Source of the DNA: Lama guanicoe
Taxonomy: Eukaryota
NCBI GenBank assembly: GCA_013239625.1
Contig: MU054757.1
Location: 972,251-1,036,250, forward strand
Length of the DNA: 64,000 nt
Direction: 5' to 3'
Shown: positions 13,401-27,604 of the stretch, one piece after another
Numbering within the stretch: position 1 is the first letter of the stretch
Layout of the letters: each line of letters opens with the position of its first letter
Position numbers and translations under genes: made by a program
The notes under the pieces: model-generated
Database searches by the model: none
Told to the model about the DNA's origin: nothing
The model's input: the letters and a program-made list of their open reading frames with translations, nothing else

Positions 13401-15333
13401 AACTTGTCTATATGTTCTGGGCTCTGTCAGCTGCTTGAAGCAGGGAACCTGAAGTCTTGTTCAGTATTATATCCATAACTTAGGCACAGTAGGCACCCAC
13501 GTGTTTGCTGAATGAACACAAGAACTACATTAAGAATCAAGAGACAAGCGCTGCAGTCCCTGGGCCACGATTACTGTGGGAGTTAAAGCAGTTGGTCTCC
13601 ACTAGCCCTCCAGGTTTCAGTGACTGCAAATATCTAACACGGATATGTAAATGAGTCTCTTCTTCCTCATCAGAGTTTTAGGTCTTTTGAAAAGATGTCT
13701 TATATTTTCCTTGTTATCTTCCAGAGGACTCCGTACTATTACCTTGAAAGTCATTATCCAAAAAAAGTCATTATCAATTCAACAAATGGTAAGCTAAAAA
13801 TACTTAAAGAGTTTTATAGGTAAGCCCTGATGTGGGAGGGTAAGTATTCGACTAAACTGGACTCTGCTTTAATCAGGTACAAATGCAGAACCTCCTTCCT
13901 CGGAGGGGAAAGGTCAAGGGCAGGGCCGCGGGGGCACAGGTGGGAGAGTGAGGGGTGCGGAAGAGCTGCTTACAGCCGGGCTGGCAAGCTCCCTACAGTA
14001 GCTGTGTAAATTCCCCACATGCCCCACCACTGAGAAGCTCCCAGAGAAGCCCCCAGAGAAGCCAGTATCCAGAAATGGCTGCTCCCAGGGATACACCCCT
14101 CTTCTCTCTCCTCCAGACAGTGGGGAGCAGGCAAGCAAGATCCCCCCCAAAGTACTGGGTATTGCTACCTGAGTTGCCCGTCTAACTCTGTAACACTTTA
14201 TCAAGATCCCCAGATCACCCGTTCTGTGATCCCAAGATACTTCCTGTAGAAAAACAGAACATGTATACCTACAACAAGCAAGTGCACAGCTGATCAACTG
14301 CTAAGTTTATTTAATGAAAACACCCACATCAAAACAAAGTTTTTAAAAAGTCTCAGAGCAAACATGTTTGTTGTCCAATTCGTTATCACTTGCAGGTTCA
14401 AAGTCTCTATTAGCTTCACTGCTGTGATAAATGTTTCCAATGTGGACTTCTGAAGTCATTAAGACCATTTACTTTACTCACAGGAAGGATACCAGCCATC
14501 AATCATGACACACAAGACAACCTGCTATAGGCCACTCTCATTTTAGTGAAAAGAAGGAGCAAGCTGAAAGTAGCCGTGTTCAGAGCACAGGGGAATGAGT
14601 TGGAAAGAAAGAGGCATCGCATACAAGAAACATAATAAACTTCTTTAGTAGGCTGCAAAATCCATAATTACTATTTACATTCTATTATATTTCATGTGTA
14701 TTTCTCTCCCAGTGCTATCCAATATCTTACGGCTAAAAATATCTTTTCTAGGAGATAGAGGAGTCAAAAATGCAAAGGCCTACTGAAAATTCTGCTTTAT
14801 CTTTTTCATCTCTTTGTCTTTTTTAATGTAGCCTGCTTAAAACTTCTATTCTGGAACCTCTCTGATCACCCTTGGAGAATTTGATATTCTAACTCTCAAA
14901 GGCTTTTGTTGTGTTTTTTTTTTCCTACCACTCCTTGCCCTCCTCTGAGTCTGGGATTTTGGCCATGTGTCCTTGAAGCCAATCTCTGTTTATATAATTG
15001 TTCTAATTTCTTTCTTGCAATTGCTTTTCTCTTAAAAAAATTTTTTTTTAAAATCTCACCCTTCGTTCCAATTCTTTTTCATCTCTTGCCTTAAGAAATT
15101 CATCTTCCTGGCTGGCTCCTCTTGTTCTCTTTGGCAGTATTTCAGAGAGGCACAAACAGTCATGATGATGAAAATGTGCACTTGCAAAGGGGACCTCACC
15201 CAAGAATCTTAAGCCACTATGCAGACATTACCTCATCAATCTCCCCTAAACTCTGCAAAGGAGGGACCCATTTCCTAGTAGAGACATGAGGGGGTAAAAC
15301 AGCTGCATTCTGAGCCTTAAAGAACCAGGAATA

Positions 15334-16909
15334 CCATACTACCAGAGCAACCTATAGATTCAATGCAAGCCCTATCAAAATTACAATGGCATTTTTCATA
15401 GAACTATAGTTCTATTTAGAACAAATAGTTCTAAAATTTGTATGGAACCACAGAAGATCCTGAATAGCCAAAGAAATCTTAAGAAAGAAGAACAAAGCTG
15501 GAGGTATCATATTCTCTGNNNNNNNNNNNNNNNNNNNNNNNNNNNNNNNNNNNNNNNNNNNNNNNNNNNNNNNNNNNNNNNNNNNNNNNNNNNNNNNNNN
15601 NNNNNNNNNNNNNNNNNNNNNNNNNNNNNNNNNNNNNNNNNNNNNNNNNNACAAAGGAGCCCAAAACATACAATGTATGAGAAAGAACAATTTCTTCAAT
15701 AAATGGTGCAGAGGAAAACTGAACAGCTATATGCAAAAGAATGAAACTAGACCATTATCTTACATCACACACAAAAATCAACTCAATATGGACTGAAGAC
15801 TTAAATGTAAGACCTGAAACCACACTCTAGAAGAAAATAGTACCTCCTTGACACTGGGTCCTAGCAATGGTTTCGTGGATCTGACTCCAAAGGCAAGAGA
15901 AACAAAGGCCAAAAAAACAAAAACAAAAACAAACAAACTATGTAAAGCTAAAAAGCTTCTGCATAGCAAAGAAAATGAAAAGGTAATCTACTAAATGGGA
16001 GAAGAAATTTGCAAATCATATATCCAATAAGGAACTAATATCCAAAATATATAAAGAACTCATTCAACTCAACATGAAAAAACCAAATAAGCAAATCAAA
16101 AAGTGAGCACGGGATCTGTATAGACATTTTTCCAAAGACATACAGACGGCCAATAGGCAGGTGAAAAGACATTTAACATCACTAATTACTCNNNNNNNNN
16201 NNNNNNNNNNNNNNNNNNNNNNNNNNNNNNNNNNNNNNNNNNNNNNNNNNNNNNNNNNNNNNNNNNNNNNNNNNNNNNNNNNNNNNNNNNNNNNNNNNNN
16301 NNNNNNNNNNNNNNNNNNNNNNNNNNNNNNNNNNNNNNNNNNNNNNNNNNNNNNNNNNNNNNNNNNNNNNNNNNNNNNNNNNNNNNNNNNNNNTATGATC
16401 CAGCTACTCCACTTCTGGGTATCTATTCAAAGAATATGAAAACACTAATATGAAAAGATATATACACCCCTATGTTCATTGCAGCACTACTTATAATAGC
16501 CAAGATATGGAAATAATCTGTCCACTGATGGATAAAGAAGAGGCGGTTTATGTGTAGAATGAAGTACTACTAAAAAAAAAATACTACATGAAAAAGAATG
16601 AAATCTTGCCATTTGTGACAACATGGTTGGACCTTGAAGGTATTATGCTGAATGAAATAGGTCAGACAGAGAATGACAAATACCATACGATTTCACTCAA
16701 AACACACAAACAAAACAAAAACAAACTCAAAGATTCAGAGAAGAGATTGATGGCTACCAGAGAAGGGGGTAAAATGTCTGGTGATAGACAGTAACCAGAT
16801 GCTTAGCGGTGATCACTTTGTAATGTATACAGAATTCAAATTAAAACTATAATGCTGTACACATGAAACTTATATGTTATATTCTATTTTACCTAAATTT
16901 TTTTAAAAA
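15334..16909 (+). mobile_element. 5'-truncated L1 (L1MA-type ORF2 C-terminus + 3'UTR), decayed, with two N gaps
   Basis: gattcaatgcaagccctatcaaaatt, aagaacaaagctggaggtatca, tatgatccagctactccacttctgggtat, gaatgaaatcttgccatttgtgacaacatgg; frameshifts and stops. Confidence 0.93.
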
Positions 16910-17454
16910 GGAAATGGGAACAGACCATCACTCATTTATGTCACAGTAGGTCCAGATTCTTATATTTTATTTCTTCCATTTTTTCCCTCTGAGCCTCATC
17001 CTTAATTTTCACCCTCAACAAAAGGGTGACTCATCTCAAGACTACTTTCTTCTCATAGATGTATTAAAATCTGTTGCCGTCGCATGTTGTAGAGGCACAA
17101 GGTGGAAGAAACATAAATTTAGTTTGTTTTAGTTTTAATTTTGCTCTGTGTTTCATACGCTTTCCTTGGAGAGCTGTGCAACTGTTTACTTGTTCCATTC
17201 CTATATTAATAACAGTTTTACTTAGATTTCTTTGATAGCATTTGATCATTTTATAACTGAAAGAGTTTCCAGCCAAAACTTTCTCCTTCCCTTCCCCGTT
17301 GTGACCAATGGGGCAAGTGAAGCTGAAAAATGTCAAGGCAGGACCAAGCGAGTTGTCTCCAAATTAGCTTCATAAGCTAGGTCTTGACACTTCTCAGTCT
17401 AAGCTTTTGTTATTTTTAAAAAGCACTTAACAAGAATTTTTATACTCAGTGGTC

Positions 17455-17575
17455 TAAACAACCCTATAAGGCTGTTCCTAACCCCGTTTCACAAATGCCC
17501 AAAGTCATCTAACTACTAAGTGGATGGAGCCAGTATTTCAACCCAGGTTTGGCTAATTCATATCCTGAGTCTACA
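17455..17575 (-). mobile_element. MIR fragment
   Basis: ccccgtttcacaaatg...tgcccaaagtcatctaactactaagtgg...gagccagtatttcaacccagg. Confidence 0.65.
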
Positions 17576-19666
17576 CTTTGTTGTTGTTTTTTAAAACTGC
17601 TTCTGTCTTGACATATTAAAGAAAAGGATTACCACCTCCCTTCTCTGCCTCTCGCCCACTTTTCACCCATGTTCTGTAGGGCCTGCCTGCGATCCTCTGA
17701 GAGCGCCTGACCTTGGAATGCTCCCTGCATGGAAACCAATACCTTGGCCTACTGGAAACGTCCTTCCTGTGAGCAGGAGATGGCGGCCAAGGGACAAGCC
17801 ATGCACATCATTTTGTTTTAAACTTGAAATGCATGTCCCCAGGAGGCATGAGGGTATTGCCAGCACATTCTCTCTGGGCCAGGTGTTGCCAAGGGCATGG
17901 GGGAAGCCAAGAGCCTGGGGACTCTTGCCCGGGCCACCTGTCCCTACCCTGCCACAGGCTGTTGAGAGCTTCAATTTTTCAGGGGATTCCCTAGGGCAGG
18001 AACTATTTCAGCATTCTACTGGGAATGCAAATGTGTAGTTCTTTCCAATTCTGCTTGGAGATAGGAAAAACAAAGAAGACCCTCCAAGTCCCTGAAGATC
18101 CTTTTTGGCCCTTTTAATCTATAAACAATGCCCCTTATGCACACACATGAGTTCATATAAAGAAGGTTATACATTGTGCTACTATAAATAAGAGATGGGC
18201 AATAACTATTAACAAGGCGGTAAAAAAGGCGATGTGTAAATGTGAAAAATTTCCATATAATCTTTAAGAGAGAAGGAGAAAGAAGAAATCGTGCTTCCCT
18301 ACTGGTCTAATTATCTTGTCATCCAGCCTCCCCTGGAATTATCTACAAGGGCAGTATCCCCTGAAAGACGTAACAGCTCAATAATTAGATATGAGCAGGT
18401 TATCTGCAAGAAAGAATTGCATAAACTTAAGCCCTTTTAAACACAGGTCCCCTGCCGGCGTTCTAAGCCAAAGAAAGCCCAAGGCCAGTATTTTGGTGAA
18501 CTCTGTGGCCAAGCGCATGAAACGAACCCTAACACACAGCTACTCTAATTCTCCAGTTTGCAAATGAGCACTCTGAGATACGGCTAAAAGCAGACTCAGG
18601 CTTAAGAAATGATGTCATATATTCTAGGTCTACATTCTGAAGCAGTATAACCATCCTTTTCTAATTACCCTTGGCTGATCAGTGGGAACACAGTCAAGTC
18701 ACAAGTTTAATGAGGTATTTTCATATTAAAAATCTGCTCCTAACAGTTTGTGAAGTTTATGGTTCAAGCCACAGATTTTATCCATTACCAAGGGCGGAAA
18801 TACCAGACTGCGTATGTTTTAGGTGTGATTGGAGTGACGGGGCCAGACTCTTAGGTTTCGGTCCACTGTTGTTATCATACGTGGCAAATTCTATGTAGCA
18901 GGAGTCGGGCTAGATTCGGGCAACATTCTAGAGTTGAGGCAACTACCTTCCTGATGATTCTGTCTAAACCTTAATCTTGACAAACTCTGTTTTCTCTGTT
19001 ACCGTGAAAACAGAATCAAAAACATTTGTGGATAACTAATCAAACAATCATAATGTTGAACAGGAACAGATATACCCCTTGTAATATTACGCCTGTAGGT
19101 GACAGCATGAATGAATACCTGTCAACAAACGACTGCAGTACCAACGCATTTACTGCAAATGATGAGCTGGGCTTCGTAAGGACCCCACTGCGTTTAACAC
19201 ATGGTCCCTAATCTCAAGGAGCTTTCAGTCCTCAGAATTCGCCTCGGTATTCAGCGAGGCAGCTGGAAACAATCCAGTTGAAAAGACCGATGCCTGCCCA
19301 GCAGGTTTGCTTACACTTCCCGCATGGAGGGACTTACAAATAATTTATGACTCAAGCTGCAGCTTCTTCGGTTCTGTGAAGAAGACCCCAGGATGGGCCT
19401 GTGCGTGGCTTTTGCTCCCTGACTTGAGTTCTCAGGCTCCCCGCTGATCTCACGTCGGATATTTTACTTGCAACGAGTCTTCTTTTAAGAGCACTTCCAA
19501 GTTACAATAATTTGGTTTGGGGCAAAAAGCTGGCTGATTGTCTTCAGAATTTTGAACTGTACAAACTTTGCTTTCACACTGGTTTCCAGGTTCTCTTGGG
19601 CACTTTTCAGTGTGGCTAAAACTGGAATTTTTTACATAAAAAATTTTCAAAACCCTTACAATAGAG

Positions 19667-19914
19667 CACTGGTTCTTAACTAGGGATGGTTTTGCTTCCC
19701 TAGTTAAGTTCCCAGGCCACCTCCACCCAGGTAACATTTAGCAATTTCTGGAGACAGTTTTGGCTGTCACAGGTTGTGTAGGGGGCTGCTACTTGGACCT
19801 AGCGGGTGGAGAGGCCAGAGGCGCTGCTGAACATCCTACAGTGCACAGGTCAGTGCCCAATACAAAGAGTGATCCAGCCAACCGGGCCAAGTGTGCCAAG
19901 ACTGAGAAACCCTG
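19667..19914 (+). mobile_element. MER20 MITE (full length)
   Basis: cactggttcttaac...gcaatttctggagacagttttggctgtcaca...gaggccagaggcgctgctgaacatcctacagtgcacagg...tgagaaaccctg. Confidence 0.9.
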
Positions 19915-19939
19915 CCAGAGAGAAGGCACCGAAAAGTGG

Positions 19940-20090
19940 ACAGAGAGGGTTGGGAGTCAGAAAGACCAGAGGTTGAGTCTGGGCTCTGTTTCTGGCATGT
20001 ACTTAAGCTTCAGTTTCTTGTTGCAAAGTGAAAAATCCCTTCCCCTTTCGCTGTGGGTGAATTAAATGAGAATGATGAATGCCAAGTGCC
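19940..20090 (+). mobile_element. MIR fragment
   Basis: ggagtcagaaagaccagaggttgagtctgggctctg...gcttcagtttcttgttgcaaagtg...gaattaaatgagaatgatg. Confidence 0.65.
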
Positions 20091-23000
20091 GAGATCGGTG
20101 TCCTTCCCTCCCCTCAGGGTTAACCACCTTGGCAGTCAATGAGATCACAGCACTGAGTCCGGAACAATGGGCACTGCTGCCTACAACCTCCCCAGCTTCC
20201 AGCGATGGCCAATAAAGGATGAGCACTATTGTGAATGAAAGGATAACGCTGAGCGCCGTGAAGTCAGCATCCTCAGACCTCTTGCTCCCTGGCCCAAAGA
20301 CTAGCCAAGCAAATCTGCTGCTCATTTGTGTTTTGGACTTTTCTTCAGCTGTCCCCTGTGCTTTAGGAACTGCCACATCCAATACGCCCTTTCCCTGACC
20401 ATTCCAATCCCTGCCTGCAGCGGCCCTCCTCTACTAAGTCTTCTCTGGTTGGTCCCCGCTATCCAGTCACCTAACTTTATGACAGATGCCACCCTTGTGC
20501 TTCACTGAAGTTCTTTCAAACTGTATCAGTTTCACTTCAGATGTCCGTTGAGAGTATATATGATGTGTTTCTCACTGTATTTATCCTTGCTCCATTAGTC
20601 ATAAACTCCTTGAGAGCAGGCTTTGTGTTTCTTAATCCCTGAGAACCTTTCCTTAGGGGGGAATATCATTTGTTACAGAGGGAGGCTCCTACTCAGGCAC
20701 TGACAAGGCTACTTTTGCTAAGCTCTTTCCACAGTCGGGAAGGTCAGATTCATTTGTGTCCTGAAGAATCTTTGTACCCATGGAACCATGGGAAAAAAGT
20801 TTAGAAGGTTTGTGAAGGTTCACGTGCAGACGTAAGTGCCTTAAACTGGCAGAATGGCAGCTTCTTTAATGGGAAGTACAGGAGAACAGTTTCCATGAAG
20901 AAAATATGAACAGGAGAAGGAGGCCTTGAACTCGGGTCTTTGAACATATCTAGGAGAACACAGTAGATGCTTGGCAATTACTTGATACTTTCATGGATGG
21001 ATGAATGTATGTACACACATGAGAGGGGTAACCAATGAAGGGCTTAGAAGCCTATAGCTAGCTTTCTGCATTTGTTCTCAGTAGAAACAGGAGCTACCAA
21101 AACATTTTGATGAGGAAGATCTAATGTGACAGACAGAGAAGATACATTTAACAGCTTCAGGGAGGGATATCTGAATGGTTGCCCTTATTAACTCAGCTTG
21201 ATCTTCTCATACTGGGTCTCAAGAAAATATAGTTATACTTTCCTAAAGAAATTTTGGAGACCATTCTCTATCCCCTTGCTTTTATTATAATGGAGATAAA
21301 CACAAATTGGCATAACAATGTTAGGATTAAGATGACGTGTTTATGTTCAGTCATAGATGTAATTAATTCATATTTAATATGCATGAGCCTAACCACAAAG
21401 ACTTTAGGCCATTCAGTCCTTTTTGCTGAAAGAAAAATATGAATCAACAATATCAATGAAAAATCCATTTTTTCCCCTATGTAACTGCAATTGAATGGAT
21501 GGGTAATACTGAGGTAAGAACTGGGTCTTAAGTACTCTTGAACATGAGCCCTTCGGTTGAAACTATTTATTTTTAAAAAAGCATATTGATCATTAGTTAG
21601 ATGGTTATTACATGGGGGGAACCACTAAAAGAATATATAGATGTTACCACAATTATGTTTACACAGAAAGCCTAAGAATCGCCTTCTCAGAGATAACGAT
21701 TTTTACTGGTCATTAAACAGCCATGAAGAGAATGTTTTATTCTCAATGATACACTGGTTTTAATTGTGGCTCCACCGTAATTGGCTCCTTATTGGATTTC
21801 ACAGTAATGGTGTCTTGCTATAGAGTAAACATCTAGCACCGATATTTTTAATATTGGTATCTCAGATCACAGATTTCCCTTTAAAAAGTGTTTCACACCT
21901 GTCATTCCATCTGCCAACCATCAGACCAAGTAGGGTAAATGAGCATTTCCAATTCAGAGACGATGACCTGGCTGATCCCAGGTTCAAGGGCTGATAGTTT
22001 GTCTCTAAGTTTGTGTTTCTAGGTGCAACAGTGTTGCCATTATTTCATGTCAACTATCTGAGAGAAAGAATCCCAGTAACAGGTGAGACGTTTTCAGATA
22101 TTTTTACCTAATAGATGACTTCATATTTCTCTGCATAGGGGATCCAATTATAAGCCAACTATGGATAATTTATTTGAAATAACTTCAAAGACTTTCTTCT
22201 CCTCCTCATTAGCTTACTTTAAGGTTGCCTTTGAAATACTCATCACCTTGTTTCATCTTGAGTATTTGCCAGTGCTCAGCTTCAAGAGGGTAATTATAAA
22301 AGCCAGTCTACCCCAACCTGAAAAATCTTGACCTCTGGGAATAAGATTTTTTTCCTGGAGNNNNNNNNNNNNNNNNNNNNNNNNNNNNNNNNNNNNNNNN
22401 NNNNNNNNNNNNNNNNNNNNNNNNNNNNNNNNNNNNNNNNNNNNNNNNNNNNNNNNNNNNNNNNNNNNNNNNNNNNNNNNNNNNNNNNNNNNNNNNNNNN
22501 NNNNNNNNNNNNNNNNNNNNNNNNNNNNNNNNNNNNNNNNGGAAGAAAGGAAAAGTAAATCTATATTCATTCCTAATATGCAAACTGTTAAGCTATACTT
22601 AATTATTTCCCAGAGACGACCAAAATTTTAGGAATGGAACACGGTACCCAATGTCCACATCATTCTAAACGAATGACATAACTCAATTTTAATTTCAAAG
22701 TAGAAAAGAATCGTGCTTTTACATAATCAGTTTCAAAATTGACATTTTCTTAAGGAATCAAGGAAGGCATTGCTCTTCCCAGTTCCGGCTGCAGTCTTTC
22801 ATCTGGATGTGTCAAATATTAAAGGACTCAGATATGACTACGCTCATACGCAATGTGTCCTGTACAGGTAGTGTGAAGCCAGCAGAGGCAAATCCCTATT
22901 TATAGTGCACTTTTCCTTATAAAGTCAACGAGTGCTATCAGGACGTTTTGTTCTCTATGCACAGCTCTCCATAAATTTTTTTTGAAGTGGAAAATGTGGT

Positions 23001-24676
23001 AATTTTTTATTGTCTACACATTAAAGGTTTTGCTAAGTATCACTAACCAACTACAACGGTATCATGTAGTAATATGATACAACAGCATATGTTATACAAC
23101 AGAAAAATCTGAAAATTCTAAAGGGTTTAGATCGCACGTGAAGGACCAGCTGTTCCATTTCTGGCCAATCAGAAGAGAAACAGGAAGCAGGAATGAACCA
23201 CTGAGTGTATTAAGCTTAGAAGAGAAGACATTTAAAAAATATCAGCAATGCTTCATCTGAATTTGTGATGATCTGGAATAACATGAAATTTTTTTTAACA
23301 TATATATGTATACATATTTTTTCAGATTCTCTTCTATTACATCTCCATAAATTTCTGTATGGCTGTCAGGGGAGTAAAAGAATAGACAGCTGCCTGGTCC
23401 AGGGTATCAAGGTGACCCGTGCTTGGGATCCCATGGTACGGGAGTGATGATATGACTGGAACATTCTTTTCACTTGGGTACCATTTTCGGCAGATCTATC
23501 ACCTGTAAACCTCAAGTCATGTATGCACCACAGCAGATGAGGTGTTCCTGAAAGTTAAATAACTTCACCGAAATGAACAGTTTCCCTTCTGCCAAACTCC
23601 CATCGCCCTGCTTCTCTACAGGGTCTGAATATAAACACACAATAAGTTCTGAGTGTCAGGCAGCCTAAACCTCCCTTCAGCGCAGTCATAATGATATGAA
23701 CATCAGCTTGTGATATGACACCTCCCTACACGTTCCTTTGTTCCATCTCCACTTTATGCAATCGTGCTGTTCATTTTTGCTGCCTCTGCACAATATCCCT
23801 TTTGTGCTCTGTTCAAAAATACTTCCTTTCTAAAAGCATAATTTGTTCTAGCACTTTGATACCATCTCAAGTAGATACAGCTGGATCCAAACCATTTATT
23901 TATTCCTGACAAAAAATTTACACACATTTGCTGAAAATGAAGTGAGGCAAATGCTCCTTCGATTCACTCAATCCACTGAGATGAAATTCATACACATCCC
24001 CAAAGCAAACATGACACGTGGGGGGCTCAGTCTAGTAAATGCGATTTCTGACTAGCTCACCAAAATTCACTAATTCTTCCTCATGCACTGATTCACATCT
24101 CCACTCATCTCACTTTGAACATTCAATTTCAGATTTCATTGTCACTTGTTACACAAATGAACTTTTTCGTGAAGAAATGGGAAAAGTACATGAGTGCTTT
24201 TTTAGTATTTTAGTACAAAAGTAAATTCAAAATTTTTCTATTTTTTTTTGATAGCTCAGATTTAATGTCGATTTAAACCCTTCACTCAGTGTAAAATCAA
24301 ATCCCTCCTCTAGACATTACCCATGGAAAGGATGTTGCAGAGACTAGCATGCGTGGATTCCCTTCTCCCTTGTTTGCATTAAATTGGAACAAATTAACTT
24401 AACGTTGCATGAAAATAAGTGAAGTGTCATCTTAATTAAAAGACAGTAGTGCTATATTTTTTGGCTGAAAGTCAACATGCACTTTCCATTTCTTAAAAGT
24501 AAACAGATAATTTTTCCTGACGGCTCATAAACTAGAATTTTATCTTCAACTATTTTGATACACCGGACCGGGCACATTTGAGCCGTGGACCATTATGTGA
24601 GAATGAAGCCATAAGATTTTAACAATTTCCCAGCACTGAGGCTTGTCCAGCAAGGATAGGCAGTTAAAATATCAAT

Positions 24677-24771
24677 TGGGGGAGAGGGTGGGTATATAGA
24701 TCAGTGATAGAGTGCATACTTAGCATGCATGAGGTCCTGGGTTCGATCCCCAATGCATCCGTTAAAAAAAA
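24677..24771 (+). mobile_element. Camelid tRNA-Ala-derived SINE
   Basis: tcagtgatagagtgcatacttagcatgcatgaggtcctgggttcgatcccc + A tail. Confidence 0.9.
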
Positions 24772-25210
24772 AGCCAGTCAGAGTAGTCTTGCTACCAAAC
24801 TGTGAAGGAGCAATTGTCAGGAAACTAACACTCTTTTTAGTAGACACCACATACTCCAATAGTTTACCAAAGGACTGCGAGTGTCATTCTTCGACTCTTT
24901 CAGCCTGAGATGAAATGCAGTCTGGAGCTGAAGGGACACCATGTCGGAAATTTGCTTAACAAGCTAGATTGCACAGGACGAGTTAGCCTGGTACGATGGG
25001 GCACGTGTTGGAGGTAAAACTCTCATAGTTACTTGAACTGGCCAAGGTCTATGTATACAAACTGCGTTTTAATTTTCTCCAGAACATCCCAATGGTAAAC
25101 CTAGAAGTCTGCATACTGACATTTCCAATTGCCTTAGAGCTGCGTAATTAGTATTTCTGAGTAATCAAGCATGCACCCGAGTAGCAGGCACACATAAAAG
25201 TTTCTATAGC

Positions 25211-25211
<1 letters not shown>

Positions 25212-25251
<40 letters not shown>
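25212..25251 (+). repeat. (AC)~20 microsatellite
   Basis: Direct reading. Confidence 0.95.
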
Positions 25252-25254
<3 letters not shown>

Positions 25255-27582
25255 TACATATAATTCTCATCATTTGGGGGACAAATACAGGAACAGAGGA
25301 GATGGAGCTAACTAGAACTCTCTAAAAATGAGTTGGTTCAAATACATCATCTATTAAAAAAAAACATTTCAATGTTCCTTAAATGCATCCTACTGTTCCC
25401 AAAATGCCAACATAATCGTCTCGCTTAACCCCAGCCATTCCTTTCCTGGCTATTGTTTCAGGAAGAACGAAACGGCTCTGCACGTTGATTTAGCACGCAC
25501 TGTACATTCCCTTAAGCATGGTGCAAAGTCTGTGTTCTCTGTCCAGCACTAACGAGGTTCTGGCTCTTTCCTCGCTTTCTTCCACTGTGATTTGAAGACT
25601 GCAGGCATTCAAAAATGCAAGTTCTTTTGACTCTTGTTAAGTTCTAAAGAACCCAACGCGTTTTCAGAGATCACAGAAGAGAGGAGTAAGAACAGATCAC
25701 AGGAAGAAAACTTCTGGGAGAGATGGAAATCAAAAAGAAAAATCAGAAGATCTCAGCCAGGCCTGCTGAGTGAAGAGCACGGCTGCAATGGGGAGACAAA
25801 AGAGTCTCTAATCACACGATGTCAAAGTATGAGCCTTATGAAAAATAACACTGGGAAAAAGACTACCGCTGGTTTCTCCTGATAGAAGTTTGTTTCCATT
25901 TAGTCTCGCAGGCATTTCTGAGAACACAAACCAAAAAGCCTTAGTCTCAGAAAAAGAGCTAAACTCTCATTCTCAATTCTCCACTTTTTCTATGAAAGAG
26001 ATTTATATTGATAAATCCCTAGGCATCCACCTCTTCCAACCTGGACCGCCATCTCATTTGGAAATAAAAAGTCACAAAATCCCACAGAGAATCTAATTTC
26101 AAAGTCTCTTCTAGATAGCTTTCAGGGAGAAAATGCAAAGGTAGACTGGCCTTTCTCCAGAAAAAGCGTGAGGGCAGGAAAGTTGCTGGCTCAATCCAGG
26201 TGTGGTACCCAGGGTCTCCATCTAACAGCCAAAGATCTCCATACTCTGTGCGCTTTTTGTATTTTCAAATAGATGTGGCCAGAATGACTTGTGGTCAGAA
26301 GTTGTCCTTTACGTTAAATATCACTTTCCTTATTCGGCTTGCTCTCGACAACTTGCAATCATCAAGCATTCTAGGCACTGCGTTCATTGCCACCTTGAGC
26401 CCTTCACTTCACCTTGAAGCTTGCAAGTCTCCCAAGCAGATGCTTATTAAAATTTAGGGCTTCAAATAACAGAAGTGCAGTATCAAAGATGATTCACTTA
26501 AACTTATAAAATGTAACCAAAATCCAACGAAGGATTTGTTTTGAGGCACAGCGGGCAGTGAAAAGCCGGGTGTTTTCTAAGCAGCGGAATGGGACATTCA
26601 TTTTAGGGTTTGGGAAGTCTTCCTTCTTGACCATTTTACCATAAAATCTACCCTCCCTTTTGTTGTGTGTCACCAAGACATTCAGCCATCATTATGGCTG
26701 AGCTGGGAGCCAGGCAGCCGTCAGGACAGTGACCCATAAAGTAAAATGCAATCAGGGACCATCTTCCTACACCCTTCCCTTCAAATCATCGATTCTCAGA
26801 GTAGAAATGCTTCCTAGCTTGGGATTGTATCATTTTTCTCCATCAGTCACAGTTTGCTATTCCTTTGCTCAGCCACTTGAGTTGGTGGATGAAGGAAAGT
26901 TAGAACACTTCAGAAAGTTGGAGTACGGGACAGCGACCTTCTAACCCTACGCATGCCTAGGTTCCGGCTCCTATTTTTCAGAGGCAATCACTTCAAGGAA
27001 ACGCTGTCCATATAGATTCAAAGTACCCTCTAACTACTGGGAAATCAGCAGTACAAGTAGTGAAGTAAGTGGCTACTCCCTGCAGAGAGGCCGCGCTGAA
27101 CAGGTCATTGGCCGGAGATGCTCATCGAGGGGTCGTGTTAAAGGAGGGAGGGCCATTTCCTGAATTTCATCTTCTCTTTTCACTTTGGCCCATTGTTTTG
27201 TCTACTCAAAACGACCACCTCTATTTTTAGCCCCAGGGCAGCTCTGTAGCTCCTAACACACCTGGCATTCTTATACAATTCAATTCCAAAATGTCTCTTA
27301 ATTAGATTATGGAAATAGTTAACCGTTTTGCACATCATTACTGATAATGAGCATCTAAAGTAACATCAAACAGCAAATTATTCTTTCAGGAGACATTCAG
27401 CTCCACAAAGCTTGCCCTTGCTGTCAGGGGCATACATTATTTAGAAGACACTGGTTGGAGGGGGGGCCCCCGACTCTCAGCGCTGTCCCATAGTCTGTGC
27501 CTATGAATAGAGGTTTCTACTGGATCAAATTGTCAGTAGTCTAGGGCACAGGTGTACCCTAGTCTAGGGTACACGTACGTAT

Positions 27583-27604
27583 ACACACACACACACACAC
27601 ACAC
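27583..27604 (+). repeat. (AC)11 microsatellite
   Basis: Direct reading. Confidence 0.9.

Noticed and set aside
15334-16909. L1 ORF2 as an active reverse transcriptase gene
   Set aside because: 5'-truncated, frameshifted and stop-riddled; same for 47450-50000
22023-22082. Plus-strand 60-nt exon-like segment (ttgtgtttctag|...CAG|gtgaga)
   Set aside because: No recognisable peptide, no partner exons, opposite to the inferred transcription direction; likely a pseudo-exon. Same for 54871-54935
4417-22540. N runs at 4417-4549, 15519-15650, 16192-16393 and 22361-22540
   Set aside because: Assembly gaps: three lie within repeats (MER20, L1) and one is flanked by purine-rich sequence suggestive of a microsatellite; nothing can be inferred from them
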